Of a stretch of DNA of 64,000 nt, positions 63,021 to 64,000 are shown piece after piece. This DNA comes from an uncultured cyanobacterium. GTDB taxonomy: Bacteria; Cyanobacteriota; Cyanobacteriia; Pseudanabaenales; Pseudanabaenaceae. Both the position numbers and the translations under genes were made by a program. The notes below the pieces were generated by a model. It did no database searches, had not been told where the DNA came from, and saw only the letters and a list, made by a program, of their open reading frames with translations. The DNA is taken from NCBI GenBank assembly GCA_963703315.1, contig OY969811.1, forward strand, positions 4,448,001-4,512,000. Reading direction: 5' to 3'. Within the stretch, counting starts at the first letter, position 1. Each line of letters opens with the position of its first letter.

Positions 63021-63359
63021 ATGTACATACTCGATACAGACCATCTCAGCGTATTAGATCGTGGTGGGACTACTGCTCAGCGTCTTCTTACTCGATTAGC
63101 AAAAGTCAATCCTAATCAAGTCTCAGCAACCATCATCAGCTACGAAGAACAGACAAGAGGGTGGTTAAGCCACATTTCCAAAGCACGCAATCTTGAAGCG
63201 CAAGTTGAAATTTACAAACAACTTAAAAGACAAATTAATAATTACTGCACTATTCCAATAATTGATTTTGATATAGAAGCCGCAAATGAATTCCAACGAA
63301 TCAGAAAGTTATACCCTCGCCTCGGCACAATGGACTTAAAACCCACATTCCGCTCGTAA
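63021..63359 (+). pseudogene. vapC: VapC/PIN toxin truncated by IS insertion
   Basis: MYILDTDHLS, ISYEEQ.RGWL, GTMDLK, then runs into the IS end (PTFRS*). The C-terminal IAA..TRN..DF part is missing. Confidence 0.82.
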
Positions 63360-64000
63360 TGGAAGAAAAAAAACAATTACGAAACAGGAGCAGGGAGCAA
63401 ATAGTAGCGTTGGCAGGAGGGAGAAAAGAAATTCAAAATGTGAATCCGAAGAGGAGACAAATTAACAACTTGAGTGAGTCCCTGAAAAGAAACTAAATGA
63501 ACCGCCATAAAACATTGAAAAATCCAACGCAAAGTTGGCGAATTAGTGGGTTTACCCAATTGATTAGGAATAGTATCTTGAGCGATGGCTAAGGCAAGTC
63601 TGAGTTGACGTTGGGCTAAATTATAAACGAGCAAGCACAGTGCCATAATCATGCCCAAAGCCTCAATGCGTTTAGCAGACTTGAGAAAAACACTCGAAGT
63701 AAAAAACAAAGGATCTTTGAGGAAACGAAAACCACGCTCAGTGCTCTGCTGAGCCTTGTATTCCCGTAAAGCATCATCAGCCGTGAATTGTAAGGAATCA
63801 AGAATATTCGTGGCTAAAATAAACCTGCCACAACGCTGTTGCTGAGCCAAGATTTCTGAGTCTATAGGAATCACCGTTGCAGTAATCCGATAACTAATGC
63901 TGGTGGGTATAGCATCAGGTTGTGGCTTACCCCGTTTCGCATAATGTGGTTTTTCTACTGCCTGAATATGGTCGAGTTGATGCCATTTCATCTTGGTTGA
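63342..64000 (-). mobile_element. IS1634-family element (right part; runs off the window)
   Basis: End sequence CCCACATTCCGC from 63342; transposase C-terminal fragment follows. Confidence 0.8.
63377..64000 (-). CDS. IS1634-family transposase, C-terminal part (5'-truncated by window edge)
   Basis: GRFILATN, YKAQQSTERGFRFLKDP, RIEAL, PTLRWIFQ.F. Confidence 0.88.
   Translation of the reverse strand, partial: STKMKWHQLDHIQAVEKPHYAKRGKPQPDAIPTSISYRITATVIPIDSEILAQQQRCGRFILATNILDSLQFTADDALREYKAQQSTERGFRFLKDPLFFTSSVFLKSAKRIEALGMIMALCLLVYNLAQRQLRLALAIAQDTIPNQLGKPTNSPTLRWIFQCFMAVHLVSFQGLTQVVNLSPLRIHILNFFSPSCQRYYLLPAPVS

Overview
Chromosomal window from a beta-cyanobacterium. The HIP1 octamer GCGATCGC is dense throughout, and the window carries a beta-carboxysome ccm locus, por, ftn2/ARC6 and glgB; a Pseudanabaena-like origin is my inference. 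Most of it is housekeeping: pheT, tilS, lipB, hemW, wecB, recA, accA, cysK, RNase II, a Cu P1B-ATPase, a Zn/Mn-binding lipoprotein with a perfect Zur-type box, and signalling proteins. It also has an egtD + methyltransferase-less ovoA pair, probably the cyanobacterial ergothioneine route. Both ends are accessory. The left end has a RloB gene and an intact IS701-type element with 5-bp target duplication. The right end has a HIP1-free Ser/Thr kinase, hicAB, and vapBC cut by an IS1634-type element. Two non-coding patterns stand out. (1) At about 62.1-62.75 kb, a ~55-bp tandem repeat built on HIP1 sites has the hicAB module sitting inside it as a precise cassette, bounded by a 15-bp direct repeat that also supplies the end of hicB. 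(2) About 30 intergenic palindromes share a GC-rich core with a 3-nt loop (mostly GNA/ANA read on one strand) but have locus-specific arms that often include neighbouring gene ends. In three convergent gene pairs both stop codons lie symmetrically inside the stem, and the same cores are carried inside several distinct MITE-like shells. All calls come from reading the sequence and motifs; no database searches were run.
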